Under the pieces are notes generated by a model. The model saw nothing but the letters and a program-made list of their open reading frames with translations, was not told the origin of the DNA and did no database searches. DNA of 63,238 bases, filler included, from Intoshia linei (taxonomy: Eukaryota > Animalia > Orthonectida): the NCBI GenBank assembly GCA_001642005.1. It is 7 parts of 7 records of this genome, joined end to end, with 100 filler letters (N's around TTAATTAATTAA, not from the genome) between each part and the next. Parts side by side here need not be neighbours in the genome. Positions count along the whole stretch, not along the records: positions 1 to 21,078 come from LWCA01000713.1; 6 more parts are not named here. One strand, 5' to 3'. Positions 1 through 11,511 of this stretch are shown here, in pieces. Position numbers and translations under genes: made by a program. Positions within the stretch are counted from its first letter, which is position 1; every line of letters starts with the position of its first letter.

Positions 1-824
1 CCATAAGTCTTCGACATTGCTTGGTTGTCTAATTTTAATATTTTGTTTTAATATTCTAAGAGTTTAATCCTTCTTGAACTTAAATATTTCGTACTTTTTA
101 AAGACTTATGGCAAGGTGCATTATTCTGCTGAAAAAGAGATCTTCTCAAGAAAAAACTTGACGATGTGGTAGACAGAATTCTTATGTATTTGTTGGATTC
201 TACATTACAATTGCACTTTACAAGAATTCGTTTTCCATCATGTCGAATACCACCCCATACCATTATGGAAGGAGAATATTTTAATGTACTTGTAGTGTAT
301 TTGAAATCAAATCTTTTACCTTTAAGCCTTCTTACGTACGATTTTGTGGTGGATATTAGTTGGATTTTGCTTTCGTCGGTAAATATAACCTTGGCCCAAT
401 CCAAATCACTTCATTCCAAATGTAATCGACACCACAACAATCTTTTTTTGATATTACGCTTCGATAATAATGGTTTTTTAGCAGATATTCTTCCGAATAG
501 GTTGTTTTTGCGAAGATATCTTCTTACTGTTTCTGTGGATATGGTTACAAATGACCCCAATAAATCTCTTTTCACATTAGAAGCAGTTTTACTAGGAAAC
601 TTTTGAGACTCATTGCACAAAAGACGTTCATCTCTTATAGATAGTATAGGAAGACGGTTCGACCTTGGCTTATCTTCAACAGATTGTATACTATTGTATT
701 TTTTAATTATTTCGATAACAGAATGCCTTGAAATTTTAAGATCTCTAGCAATTTTGTGTTTGGAAATCCCTCCTTTGTGAAGCTCAACTATTTTCTTTCT
801 AATTGTTAATGATATCCTAGTCAT
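1..824 (-). pseudogene. Tc1/mariner (Tc1-like) transposase, inactivated
   Basis: ORFs 411..824 and 48..404 are in the same frame, separated by one TGA (411-413) at the conserved Trp of 'HLE(W)SDLDWAKVIFTDESK'. Tc1 motifs: ISTETVRRYL, KKPLLS, VIFTDESK, IMVWGGI, FQQNNAPCH (second catalytic D replaced by N). The WPxxSPDLNPIE segment is missing; the sequence resumes in another frame as KIRQPSNVEDLW at the window edge. Confidence 0.92.
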
Positions 825-1652
825 GATGTCTAATGTTTAAAATAAAATACAATTTATAATGAATAACATTAAAAAATCAGAATATGTACATTTAAAAAAA
901 AACCTTGTGATTTTCAATTGTTAAATTTTAAATTTTTCATAACATATAGCAAATAGTACATTTCAAAATGACTTCATGATGAATACTACAGAGAAAAAAC
1001 AAAATATGGGTGTCTCTAAGTAATGGAATAAAATTCACTGCTAACACTAAGAGTCTTTCACCATAGAGAAAAAAATTATAGAATATAAATAAAATGTCTG
1101 ATCTGATAATTTTTATTGAAATAATTAAATTACCCTGTGAAATATCACTTAACCCTGAGCCCTAAGTTGAATTTGAAAACTCGAATTCTCAGGGGGAAAA
1201 TAAAGAAGTTGGCAACCCTGATTAATCATCATAATGTATTCATTCTGATATACATTTAGGAAAATTTTAAGTAAAATATTAAGTTATGATCTACGATAAT
1301 ACATTTTTGTAGCCTTACTTTAATGGGTTCGTAAAAGTGATTTGAACCATAATAGATTTAATTTTTAATGCTAAAATTAGATATATCCGCCCTCGGCAGA
1401 GCTAGGTACTGTTTGTACAAAGTACAAACCAGCCAAGCTATATAAATATAATTTTGATAAATTTAAGACATGTGTGCAGCAGCACATTTCTAATATTTCC
1501 GTTAAATTTATTTAACGAATATGCCATTTTAACGTTTTACCATTTTCGTTAAATGAGATTTTGACTATCACTTTTGGTTTATTTGGAATAAATTTTAAGC
1601 CGAAAATTTTTGTTTGTCATTATAGATAAGTAGTTTTGGCTATACATTTAAC

Positions 1653-2476
1653 TAGAGTGTCCATAAGTTTAATGTTAGATATAAATTATTGCTGTAATAT
1701 AAGTTTTATATTTAAAATATTTCAATTTTAAAATGATTTACAATGTATTTACAACCAATATCAACTATAGTTTAATTTATTTAAACTTTACATAATTCTA
1801 TGAATTATTACAATAAGTACTTATGAATACCATAGATAATTTTAGTAAATATTTTACTTGTAATTTTTTACTTTCTAATAAAGTGCAGTTTTATTAAATT
1901 TATATTCAAAATACACTTTATATTGTTTAATTTGGATCACTTCAAATTTATTAACTAGTAGAAATTAATTATTTTTTAATTATGTTTATAAAAATTATAA
2001 TTGTAATCATAAAATAAATATAATTATAAAATTTTAAAGAATTTTATTGATTTTTACAAAAATTTAGAAAAATGATAGTGAATTTAATTCACTCAATTAG
2101 GTAAAAAAATAATTTCGAATGATAAATACCAATAAAATTAACATTTAAATTTCATATTTAAATTGTTAATTCTTTTTAAATTATTGAAAATTTCAACTAA
2201 ATTATTAATTCAAACTAAATTTTAGTTAGTGTGTTTTAGTTAGTGTGTATTAGTTAGTAGTAGTTAGTATTATTAGTAGTATTATAGTAGTATTAGTAGT
2301 TAGTATGGACACTGTCCATAAGTACTTATTTGGTTAAAAATAAGTAAAAAATTATTATTTAAAATGAAACTTTCAATTCCAATTTTATTGTTATTTTTGT
2401 TTCTAAGACATTTCGAAAAGTACCTATTTTGTACTTTGTACATATAACATCTGGAGTCCAGATTCTGGACACACTA
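1653..2476. mobile_element. Non-autonomous TIR element (TAG termini, hAT-like) with a 7-bp target duplication, nested in a MITE
   Basis: Termini TAGAGTGTCCA / TGGACACACTA (11-bp TIR, 1 mismatch), flanked by ATTTAAC at 1646-1652 and 2477-2483. It splits a MITE whose uninterrupted copy lies at 47334..47489. It contains a (TAGT/TAG)n simple repeat at ~2221-2305. Confidence 0.75.
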
Positions 2477-2823
2477 ATTTAACACCAAATAAACTAAAAT
2501 TGATAGACGTATTTTTTCTGGCCACTTTACAAAAAACGATATTTATTCTCATATCCATGGATTATTATTATAATTTATAATTAATTTATTGTAAAAAGTA
2601 TTTAAAAATTTTGTCAGAGTTTTGACTCAAAACTATATTTATTGTTTAATCCATGGATTATCCACTGGATACTAGTTTAAAATTCCATTGTAACATTTAC
2701 ATACCATTTACATAAAAATCACTAAAGGATCTTATTTTAAAATCAATTTTCCATTAAAACAAGTTTCACTGTATTATACATTTTACAAAAAGTAACTACA
2801 TGTTAAATGTAGCTCTACCGAAG

Positions 2824-3799
2824 ATGGACTTGTTTAATTCTTTCTGGCACTCATCTTTTTTATATTCAAAATTATCTGATCCCACATATTTTTTTGAAAA
2901 TATATTATTTGGAAGCGCAACAACATTATTAATTTTATTTATGGCCAGATTTGGGTTTAACATTACTGATTAAGACTATTTACTTTTATTTATAAGTTTG
3001 CATGAAATAAAGTTGAAACGTCTAATAATATTCAATTTAAAGTATATTCTGTAGAAATATGAAACGAAAAAAGTATCCATTGAAAATGATTTGGAATGCC
3101 AGCATATCAGAAAAGTAAAAGAAAATGAATTTAAAGAATTTCATGAAAAATTACTACTTGAAACAGAAGGAATGATAAGTGTACTAAATAAAGTGGGACC
3201 TACTGTTATTTGCGAAATTGCTAATGTAGCCTTAAATGAAAAGGTAATAGTAATTATTATTACAATTATAATTGTAAAATACAATGTATTGTCTTTAATA
3301 TTTATTATACCGCAATTTGGTTTTTGGGTAGTTATTAAAAATTTGAGAATAGTTTTTAAAAATAATTTACTATGAATCATAGTTTATGATTTATTATTAA
3401 ATTCTAAAGTGAACCTCGAATTCATTTAAATTTTTTTTTAATTTCTTTTAAAATGTTGAATTAGAATTTAGAATTGTTCATAAAAAATCACGTTTTTGAG
3501 GGATACTGAGATTTTTAAATTTTGGTTAGTCAGACAAAAACTCTACGAAGTAGCCATTCGTGATTTAGTAATTAACACTATCGTTATATAACGATAATAA
3601 TGTTTCGATAAATAGCCAACTCTAATTTTTACTAAGCCTTAAATAAGACATTTATGTTTATAGGGTATAGCTTTATAATCTTTATTTATATTATTTTATT
3701 TATTGTAAATCTTATGTATAGAAAAAGAAAATTGCTGCTATGGGACTACAAACCCTCACTATTACTAATCAAACCGTTAAGGATTGTTATCACGATTGA
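2824..3799 (+). CDS. Hypothetical small multi-exon protein; weak resemblance to IFT20
   Basis: Phase-compatible exons 3055..3243 and 3722..3799 give ...KENEFKEFHEKL...EIANVALNEKKKIAAMGLQTL..., which recalls IFT20 'KEECKDFVDKI...[20 protein letters not shown]' (from memory). A possible first exon from ATG 2824 could not be joined cleanly in frame. Confidence 0.3.
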
Positions 3800-4665
3800 T
3801 GTATTTTCATACTTAATAAATTTTACATTTTATATATTGTAATACACTAATCTAACTGTTGTAAGTACTCTGTGCTTTGTATAAACAGTATAACTCTTCC
3901 GGTGTTCGACTTTTTTAATTTTTAACTCTTTGCCTCCAAAGTACTCAAAATTTTCGATAATATCAAAACTACTCAGCTCTGAGTAATGGGCGTGTTGAAA
4001 ATATGTTATATTATTTTATATTCATTATGTAGCTCAGTATTTTAAGTTTTATTGGTAGAATATATAAATATAATGCCAAAATTGTTACATTTGCATTTAA
4101 TGTAAATTAATTATATTTGTTTACGACAAATATCAGGAAAAATGAACCTAATTGCAAATGTACTTATGAATACTCCCCAACCTCTGTAAAAATTGGGAAA
4201 TAAATTAGGGAGGTGAGGATTTCGCAAGATAGAGAATTTAAAACGATAGAAACAGCATATAAAACCTTTAAATTTAAGGTTATATTGCAATAAAATGTAA
4301 ATTGTAAAATTTAATACAAATAAGTTATTTAAAAAATGGTTTTAAGATATGGTTTTTTATTTTAACATTTTAGTTATATTTTAAATTAATGGTGAGTGGT
4401 GAAGAAAATACTGTACAGGAAAATAAAATAAAATGCAGTTGCTACAATATATCAGTTGTAGTAGTGCAATGCAATCAGGATGAAATCGGTGATAATTTAA
4501 ATCGGTAACGACAACAAAATAAACACAATTAGACAATTTTAGTAACAAAAAATATAGTTACTATTACCAATAGAAATTTAGTTTTAGTTTAAAAGGAGTC
4601 TAGGAAATAACTTGGAAACTTAAATTTAGCGATAATAAATATTTTCACAAAATTCAACATTCATA

Positions 4666-7639
4666 ATGACATCTTATGAAGAAGCCATAAAAAAAGCTAG
4701 ACAAGTATGTAACCGTATAAAAAGACGTTAATCTTTAAATTTTTAGATTGCTGCAAAAATACAAGGAGAAGGAGGTAAACTTTAATACGTACATGTTTTT
4801 ATTTACATTTTAGGTACAAACGGGAAGTAAATATATCAATTTTTCGAATTTTAATCCAATTTAGTGGAATGAGTGCATCTGAACTGGCTGCTGCCAAAGT
4901 GAAAAACTTGAATTATAAATTGGGTTCCAAATCCTCTACAGTTGGACCTGGTGTTGTAATAGATGACGAATACATACTGAACCCTAGAACCCATGAAAAA
5001 TGTATTTATATCTTTTATGTGGAGTACATGTATTGATATATATTTAGTAATCGATAACAATGGATCTGAACTTAATAGAATTACAACTGCTACCGGTTGC
5101 AAAATTCAATTTACTGGTCGTAAGTTTTTTGATATTAACATTTGTAATAAAATTTCAACTAAATAATCAAATAACTTTGAATTTCTAATTTTTAAATTAA
5201 ATTTTTAGTTGCCGCAGATCAAATGAGTAGAATTGCCAAATTGATCGGGACGTCTGAATCAATTACGTAAAATTACCTTATATTAAATTTCAACTAAGTT
5301 AGAACGACAAAATCAATTTTGGATTCTATCACAAATTCAATTGGAGCAGGTAAACCTGCTGATGGATACATTATTCCCTTGTCAAATGGTACAGGGATGG
5401 TAGAATTGACGATTCCTGGTAACAAATGCGGGTTAATCATTGGAAAATCTGGCGAAACCATTAAAATGCTTCAAGAACGTACTGGAGTAAAAATGCTACT
5501 TGTCCAAGCTGACAATTCGTATACCGATTCTTCCAAACCACTTAGAATTTCCGGTGAACTTGGAAAATTGCAAGTAATTCGTTAATCAATGTTTTTTAAT
5601 ATTGTGTTTAGTCCGCCAAAGATTTTGTTGTAGACTATCTAACCAAGATTGGAGCCCTTAGAGCTGATGTAAATTTATTTATATTAAATATAGCAATTAT
5701 ATAGAGCGGTCTTGCCGGAGATATGACTGAAATCAGTATTCCAGAAGATAAGGTAGGGTTAATTATAGGAAAAGGGGGTGAAACCATAAAACAGATTAAT
5801 GCTGAAAGTGGGGCACATGCCCAATTAGACCAAAATTCGACTAGCATGCTTCCGTACAAAATTTTAAGAATTACTGGATCAGTTCAATCCGTTGAAGCCG
5901 CTATTATTTCTATATGTGCCCGTACACAAATAGTAATTTACAAAATAATGTATTTTTTCGTGTGTTTTTTTTTGTGTTTAATATTTATTTAGCAACCTGT
6001 AGCATTTGGAAACAAAGTTTCGCAGGGCGCAGGATATGGATATGGATTTGACCAACCTCAAATGTATATTGTTAAATCATGATTTTGTTAATATGAGAAT
6101 TTATATATTGAGCAGGGTGTGTCATGTAGTTATTTTATAATTTTGTTTATACGAGTATTATTGTCATTATCATCAACTCAAATATTTATCAAGCAATAAA
6201 GAATTAATTATGTTTTACTTCTAGTCGCCACTGTCAAAAAAATCTCGATAGTTTGATGTTATCAACTAAAATCAAATAATCGTATTTTGAGAAGAGTCTT
6301 TTTTTAAATTTTAACTCACAAAATTGAAAAATAAATAAATATAATGTATTACTGTTTTCTAAATCACTCTACTTGAAGATCTTATGATTTAAAGTTGTAT
6401 GATGTATTAATTATTTCATATTTTTTCTTTAATAAAATATATGAATACTAAGGTGTTTTTTGACCGTGAAGGCGTCACTTATTCAGATTGAAATTTTTTG
6501 TGTGTGTTAACATGGTACAACTGTACCATCTGTACATTTTTTAAATTCTAGGGCAGTTTTCATTAAAAAAAGGGTCATTTGTGGTTTTGGCTCTGAACAT
6601 ATATTTTGATTTTAAAAAGACAGGACAATTGGACGTTTTAATCCGTAAGATATAAGTTTGGTATGTTGAAATTTATCTTACTAACACCCCTGGAAAAAAC
6701 TGTAATAGAAATGTGGACTATAAAATTATAAGACTGGTAGTTACGATTAAACTGAAATAAACGATAACACACAGACAAACAAAGCATATTATATGTGTAA
6801 GGATAGTTTATAACTTAAATAATTTTAAGCATGAATTACATTACTGTCAATGATTTAAAATTTGGAACCAATTCAGAACCCTTTCACCGACTAATCTAAT
6901 GTACACTGGTTAATTTTATAATACCCAATAACCTATATTACTAAGTACTCTGATTTATTTGTTAATAAATTGAAATTAACAACTTTATAACTAACGATGA
7001 TAATCACCCATGAATTCAATTATATTATGTTTTAATTGAAAATATATATTGAAATATGCATTATCGTAAGTGATTTTTACGTTTCGTTATTTGTACAATG
7101 CTTTTTAGGATGCCTATTGGGAGTCAACCTTGGCAAGCTCAAGCTTTTAATCAATTCATGTACCAACCACGTAATTTTTTATCGCATATGTTTGTAAACA
7201 ATTTTTGTAGAACAACAGGAACATCAGCAATGGGCACAAGCTTCAGCAGACCCGTATTACGGTAGAAAACCTCAAGTTCAACCTTATGCTGCTTCAATTA
7301 ATCAGCCCGGACAATTTATTGATCCAAACGCACAAATGCAACCACAAGTTCCAATGCAGCCGCAAGTAGCTGGATTGCCCCAACAGCCTGCAGTAACAAC
7401 TCCAGTTCAACCGTACAGCCAATTCACTCCACAGCAAAGTTTGATGTTATTTATATATATATATATAAATTATGTTAGCATACAACCCAACGACTGGTCA
7501 AATGGACTACTCTCAAGCATGGGTAGCTTACTATAGGGCACAAGGGATGCATGATAAGGCTGAAGAAGTTTTAAGTCAATCTCGCGCTTTACAGGCTCAA
7601 AACGCCGGAAATAATCAAGCCAACGAAGAAAAACAGTAA
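4666..7639 (+). CDS. Far upstream element-binding protein / KHSRP / Psi-like KH-domain RNA-binding protein (~474 aa, 13 coding exons)
   Basis: Exons 4666-4704, 4747-4774, 4814-4826, 4865-5001, 5048-5119, 5209-5266, 5303-5573, 5612-5668, 5705-5932, 5993-6063, 7109-7170, 7211-7438, 7479-7639 are all GT-AG and phase-consistent (1425 nt). Motifs: N-terminal KKARQIAAKI; KH repeats IPGNKCGLIIGKSGETIK and IPEDKVGLIIGKGGETIK; Q/P-rich linker; C-terminal GQMDYSQAWVAYYR (DUF1897 / Psi A-B box type). Confidence 0.92.
6400..6803 (-). mobile_element. Non-autonomous Helitron-like element, 5' part, in intron 10 of the FUBP-like gene
   Basis: Reverse strand begins A|TCCTTACACATATAATATGCT-TTGTTTGTCTGTGTGTT and is homologous to copies at ~41780-42135, 43455-44390 and 48650-49030. 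An A|TC start followed by a GTTT/GTCT tract is typical of invertebrate Helitron 5' ends. Confidence 0.6.
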
Positions 7640-8040
7640 ATTACACGGTAAGGTATTTTTCTTTAACGGCAGGGATAATTTTAATTTTCCTAGATCATCT
7701 CACGATTTGTAATTACATTTTGAAATATTGTATTTACTTCAGTTTATAACTGAAATTTTATAGTTAGTTATATTAAAATTCAATAAATATTATTCTTTTG
7801 GATATATTCTAGATTTTTGTTTGGATACAAGCAAAGAAGGTGGACTCTAGTTTCTGTTAATGGTTATGCTCATATTTTATACAAATTAGTATTTTTGTAT
7901 ATTTTTATTTCAAATTTTTACGTTCACTTTTTTATATTTTATTTTCTATATTTACTCATTTAGAAGTATTTAGTTATAAAATTGAAATTTTGTAATTTTT
8001 TATTTAATAAAGCATTGCTACAATGTAATATGTAGTCAAT

Positions 8041-11000
8041 TTATTTTAAAAATTCTGCAGCTTCGTTGTCTAATAACCACATTGTGTTTTCTATTGGAGC
8101 ACAATTTACGCATGGCATTTCTTGGTTATTGAAAACTCGCTTTAAAATTATAATTCAAATTTTTATATTTATTACTTCGATTATTCTTGCTTTTCCTTTA
8201 CCAGTCACGATGTATATTCGATTCTTTGCATTAGTGACAGTTTGAGGTAACAGAGTGACGCGTTTCGAAGGAGGTTTTGGTGAATCACACAAATAGTCGA
8301 CTAAATTCTAAAAATTACGTCATTGGCGTATAAAGTATACTTCTGATTTAGTTTTTGTCAGCACATGACCTGGAAAAAGAGAACACGTGTGCCCATCGTC
8401 TCCAATTCCTAATAACAACAAATCAATCGATTTGCCGTTTAGTAGGCTTGATAGATCGTCATTATATTTCTTTGCACATTGATCAACTAAAAATAATTTA
8501 CACTTGATGTAGCCAACATGAAAAAGTAACATTCCACATGATTTATTAATTATCAAGATAACTTTGGGCATACATTGTTTGAATTAATTTTTTCTTTCTA
8601 ATCACCAGAAAGTTTATTAACCATTGGATTATGCCAATCATACTTTTATTATAAAAACAACCAAGTTATTTTAGAAAAAAATAAATTGTCTTTAAAATGA
8701 TCAAAAATTTAGAAATTACAGTTTAAGTCCTATTTAACAGAATTTTTGGAATTCAAAAATTAAGGAATTTCGCTAAACATCCTGTTTAGCGATGTTTTTC
8801 TATAGAAACGTCATATTTAACGGAATTATTTTAAAAATTAAAATTATTAAATATAGCTATGAAGAGATATATTTCTTTATTGGAGATTGTGAATACTAAA
8901 TAAATACATGTGAATGATTATAATGAATTATAAGTTATTCAAATAAATGAGATAGAGAAATTATTTACATTTAATATTTTTTATTTATAAATTTATCAGA
9001 TTTTTGGAAATATTTTGGTTTGCTTTTTTTTATTTGAGATAATCTTGTGATATTTTGTTTCAAGGGTATAAATATCAATTAGAGCCGATGGAGAGATCCT
9101 TGAGGTCATGACTTATTTTTTCAATTAAACCTAGATATTCTGATAACTCTGGATATGTTATATCTTCACATACTATATTATCTAGGGCTCTTCTTTGATT
9201 TCTTCTACTGTTAACTGTTCTAATTCTTTACAATTATAATTATTCTGCTCTCATATGTTTAATTCAGATAATTCCAAAACGTCATAATTTTAAGATTTTA
9301 ATTGGACTAATTGTTTTTTCAAAATAGTTTCTTCAATAGTAATATCATCAGATAGATCATATGAACCGTTTATAGGAAAAAATTTGATATTCCTAAAACA
9401 ATTTGTTATTATTGTGACACTAACTCTATTCCAAGCTTCCAATGAATAAAAAATGCCATCTAGTATTGATATGCCTCGTATAATTTATTATAAAATAAGA
9501 AAACATTTTAAGAGTAAAATTTTAGTTAACGGAATTTTTGATTCGTCAAAATTTTGAAATTCCGTTAAATAGGACTTAGACTGTAATACGACCATTTATA
9601 GTACACAACTTTCAATGACTAGATTGGTGTTTAAACACATACATAAATTATTAAAAATTGAACATATTTTCGTTATTTATGCATAAAATGGTCAAAGTCG
9701 CACTTTAATCTCTATTTTTGAATAATTCGCATAAACCACTATTTAAATAATATGAATAACTTTACTTTCTAGACTTGGATTGATACAAATAATATGGCTT
9801 TTATCAATTTTTATTTCATTAAAGAGATTAATCATGTAATAGTTCAAAGTAAAATCTGACGAAGTGCGATCAACATACCTTTCATCGCAGAAAATGTACC
9901 AGATGTTAGAAATATCTTTTCTTGTGTGAAGCAGTTTTAAAGCTTCGCATGTCGGTTTTGCAGCACTCCCACCTAAACTTTTTTTAAAAGAAAACAATTC
10001 AAATAAATTATTGAAAAAATTAGCGCATACTGTCAGTAATACAATAAAAAATTTTAATTATGGAAAAACTAAAAGTACTAACAGTTCCAAAATTTTTGAA
10101 ATAATGAAGGATTACAATCTGGTATTAATTGGTTAAATAAAACACTCAAAGTAGGAGAAAAATGTGATTTATTTAACATTTTGTATCATCACAACTTCTA
10201 TGTATTGTAATATAATAATATTACTGCAATGTAGGAATAAGAACTTCCCAAGAATAAAGTAGTTTTTGAGGCTGTAAACTGTACATTGAAATATTTTTTA
10301 TTTTTAAAATATTAATGATACAGTTTTGAGATACAGGCAATCCTATTGGTGTTAAATTTGATCGGGTAACTTAGTTAATGGTTATTCCATCGCACTCAAT
10401 CAATTATAATTTCAAGCCTTTCGTAGCTATCATCATTTTTTAAATACACTGTTATATAGGGATTTTTTTTTATTTACAGGTTCATCTAATGATTCTAGAA
10501 GAATTTTTATAATTAACCATTTTACCACAAATAGAGCATTTTGCGTTTTCTCATTTAAAATAGTCCTATAAATTTTCGTAGAACATAGCGGTTATCTTAC
10601 AGAGAAAAAATAATAATATAATACCAAATTAATAAATTAAATCACAACTGAATTGAATTACCCTATAATTCAATGTTATTTTTTTATTGTAATAACTGAA
10701 AATTATTTTGATTTTACACGCTTAAATTTATTAGCGACAATTAAAAATGATTATTCATTGAAGATTTTATTTTTGCATTCATATAACAGACTTTCAGAAA
10801 ATTTCTCAAGATCAAGCACTAGTAATATATCAAAACTAATTTTTAAAAATGCAAATGGTTTCAAAATTGTGAGTAACAAATAAAGTCAAGTAAAATATAT
10901 ATTTCTAATTATAGTGCGTGTAAAACAACATCGATTTTCAAACTGAAATGGTTAAACTATAAATCTTGAAACAATTTTAAAAGTGTAAATGGTAATCTTG

Positions 11001-11511
11001 TTTGATCTGGAAAACGTCAATTTCTGAAATTTAAATACTAAATAAAACGTGCACCCATTAATTTTGTATATGAGGGGTCCTCATTGAGGGCTAAAAAATT
11101 TGGGTGCGTTTTTCAAAAATGTTTCAATGAAAAACAACCTCGCTTTGCATTAACACAATTCTTTTATAAAATAGTGTCCGTAGTACGGAGTTTGTATTTT
11201 TAATCTTGGTAATTACTCCTATAGTAATTTGAAATTAATGTTTATGATATTTTTCAATTTATTCACAAAAATGCATGTCAGTTTATAAACTGTCAAGCCA
11301 AAAAATTAAAATTGTGTGAAATAAAATACGTTTCCTCGATGAGACGTATAAACTGCTTATACTGAACAGTGCTTAATGGACACTATATATTACATTAATT
11401 AAAAATCAAACCTGACAACCCAATTACAAATTTGCTATCGTTGTAACAAGTATAAATCATGTCATACAAAACGTCAACCATATCTGAATTCTTACATACA
11501 CTTTTTTTCAT
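8041..11511 (-). CDS. PGLS: 6-phosphogluconolactonase (~227 aa, 5 exons)
   Basis: Exons 11412-11511, 9766-9972, 8341-8486, 8176-8307, 8041-8139 splice in phase (684 nt). Motifs: FVIGLSGGS, IFCDERYV, LLLGIGDDGHTCSLFP, DSPKPPSKRVTL, VTGKGKA, WLLDNEAA. Confidence 0.93.
8719..9583 (-). mobile_element. pogo/Tigger-like Tc1-mariner deletion derivative in a PGLS intron
   Basis: TA|CAGTTTAAGTCCTATTTAAC ... GTTAAATAGGACTTAGACTG|TA gives a TIR with a TA duplication. The internal minus strand encodes the remnant ISILDGIFYSLEAWNRVSVTIITNCFRN, like the end of the DDE_1 domain of pogo/Tigger transposases. Confidence 0.8.

Noticed and set aside
405-416. In-frame TGA at a conserved Trp position suggesting a TGA=Trp genetic code
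   Set aside because: The element has other inactivating lesions, the intact genes use TGG at conserved Trp positions, and the NWD gene terminates on TGA. A simple TGG-to-TGA mutation explains it.
166-606. Antisense or shadow ORFs (166..606, 4851..5102, 5635..5859, 25236..25442, 27178..27393, 38588..38785, 44639..44842, 51572..51799)
   Set aside because: They overlap real genes or transposase remnants on the opposite strand or in another frame and show no recognisable motifs.
2221-2305. (TTAG/TAGT)n run as a telomeric repeat
   Set aside because: It is an irregular AT-rich microsatellite inside a transposon and lacks regular TTAGG or TTAGGG units.
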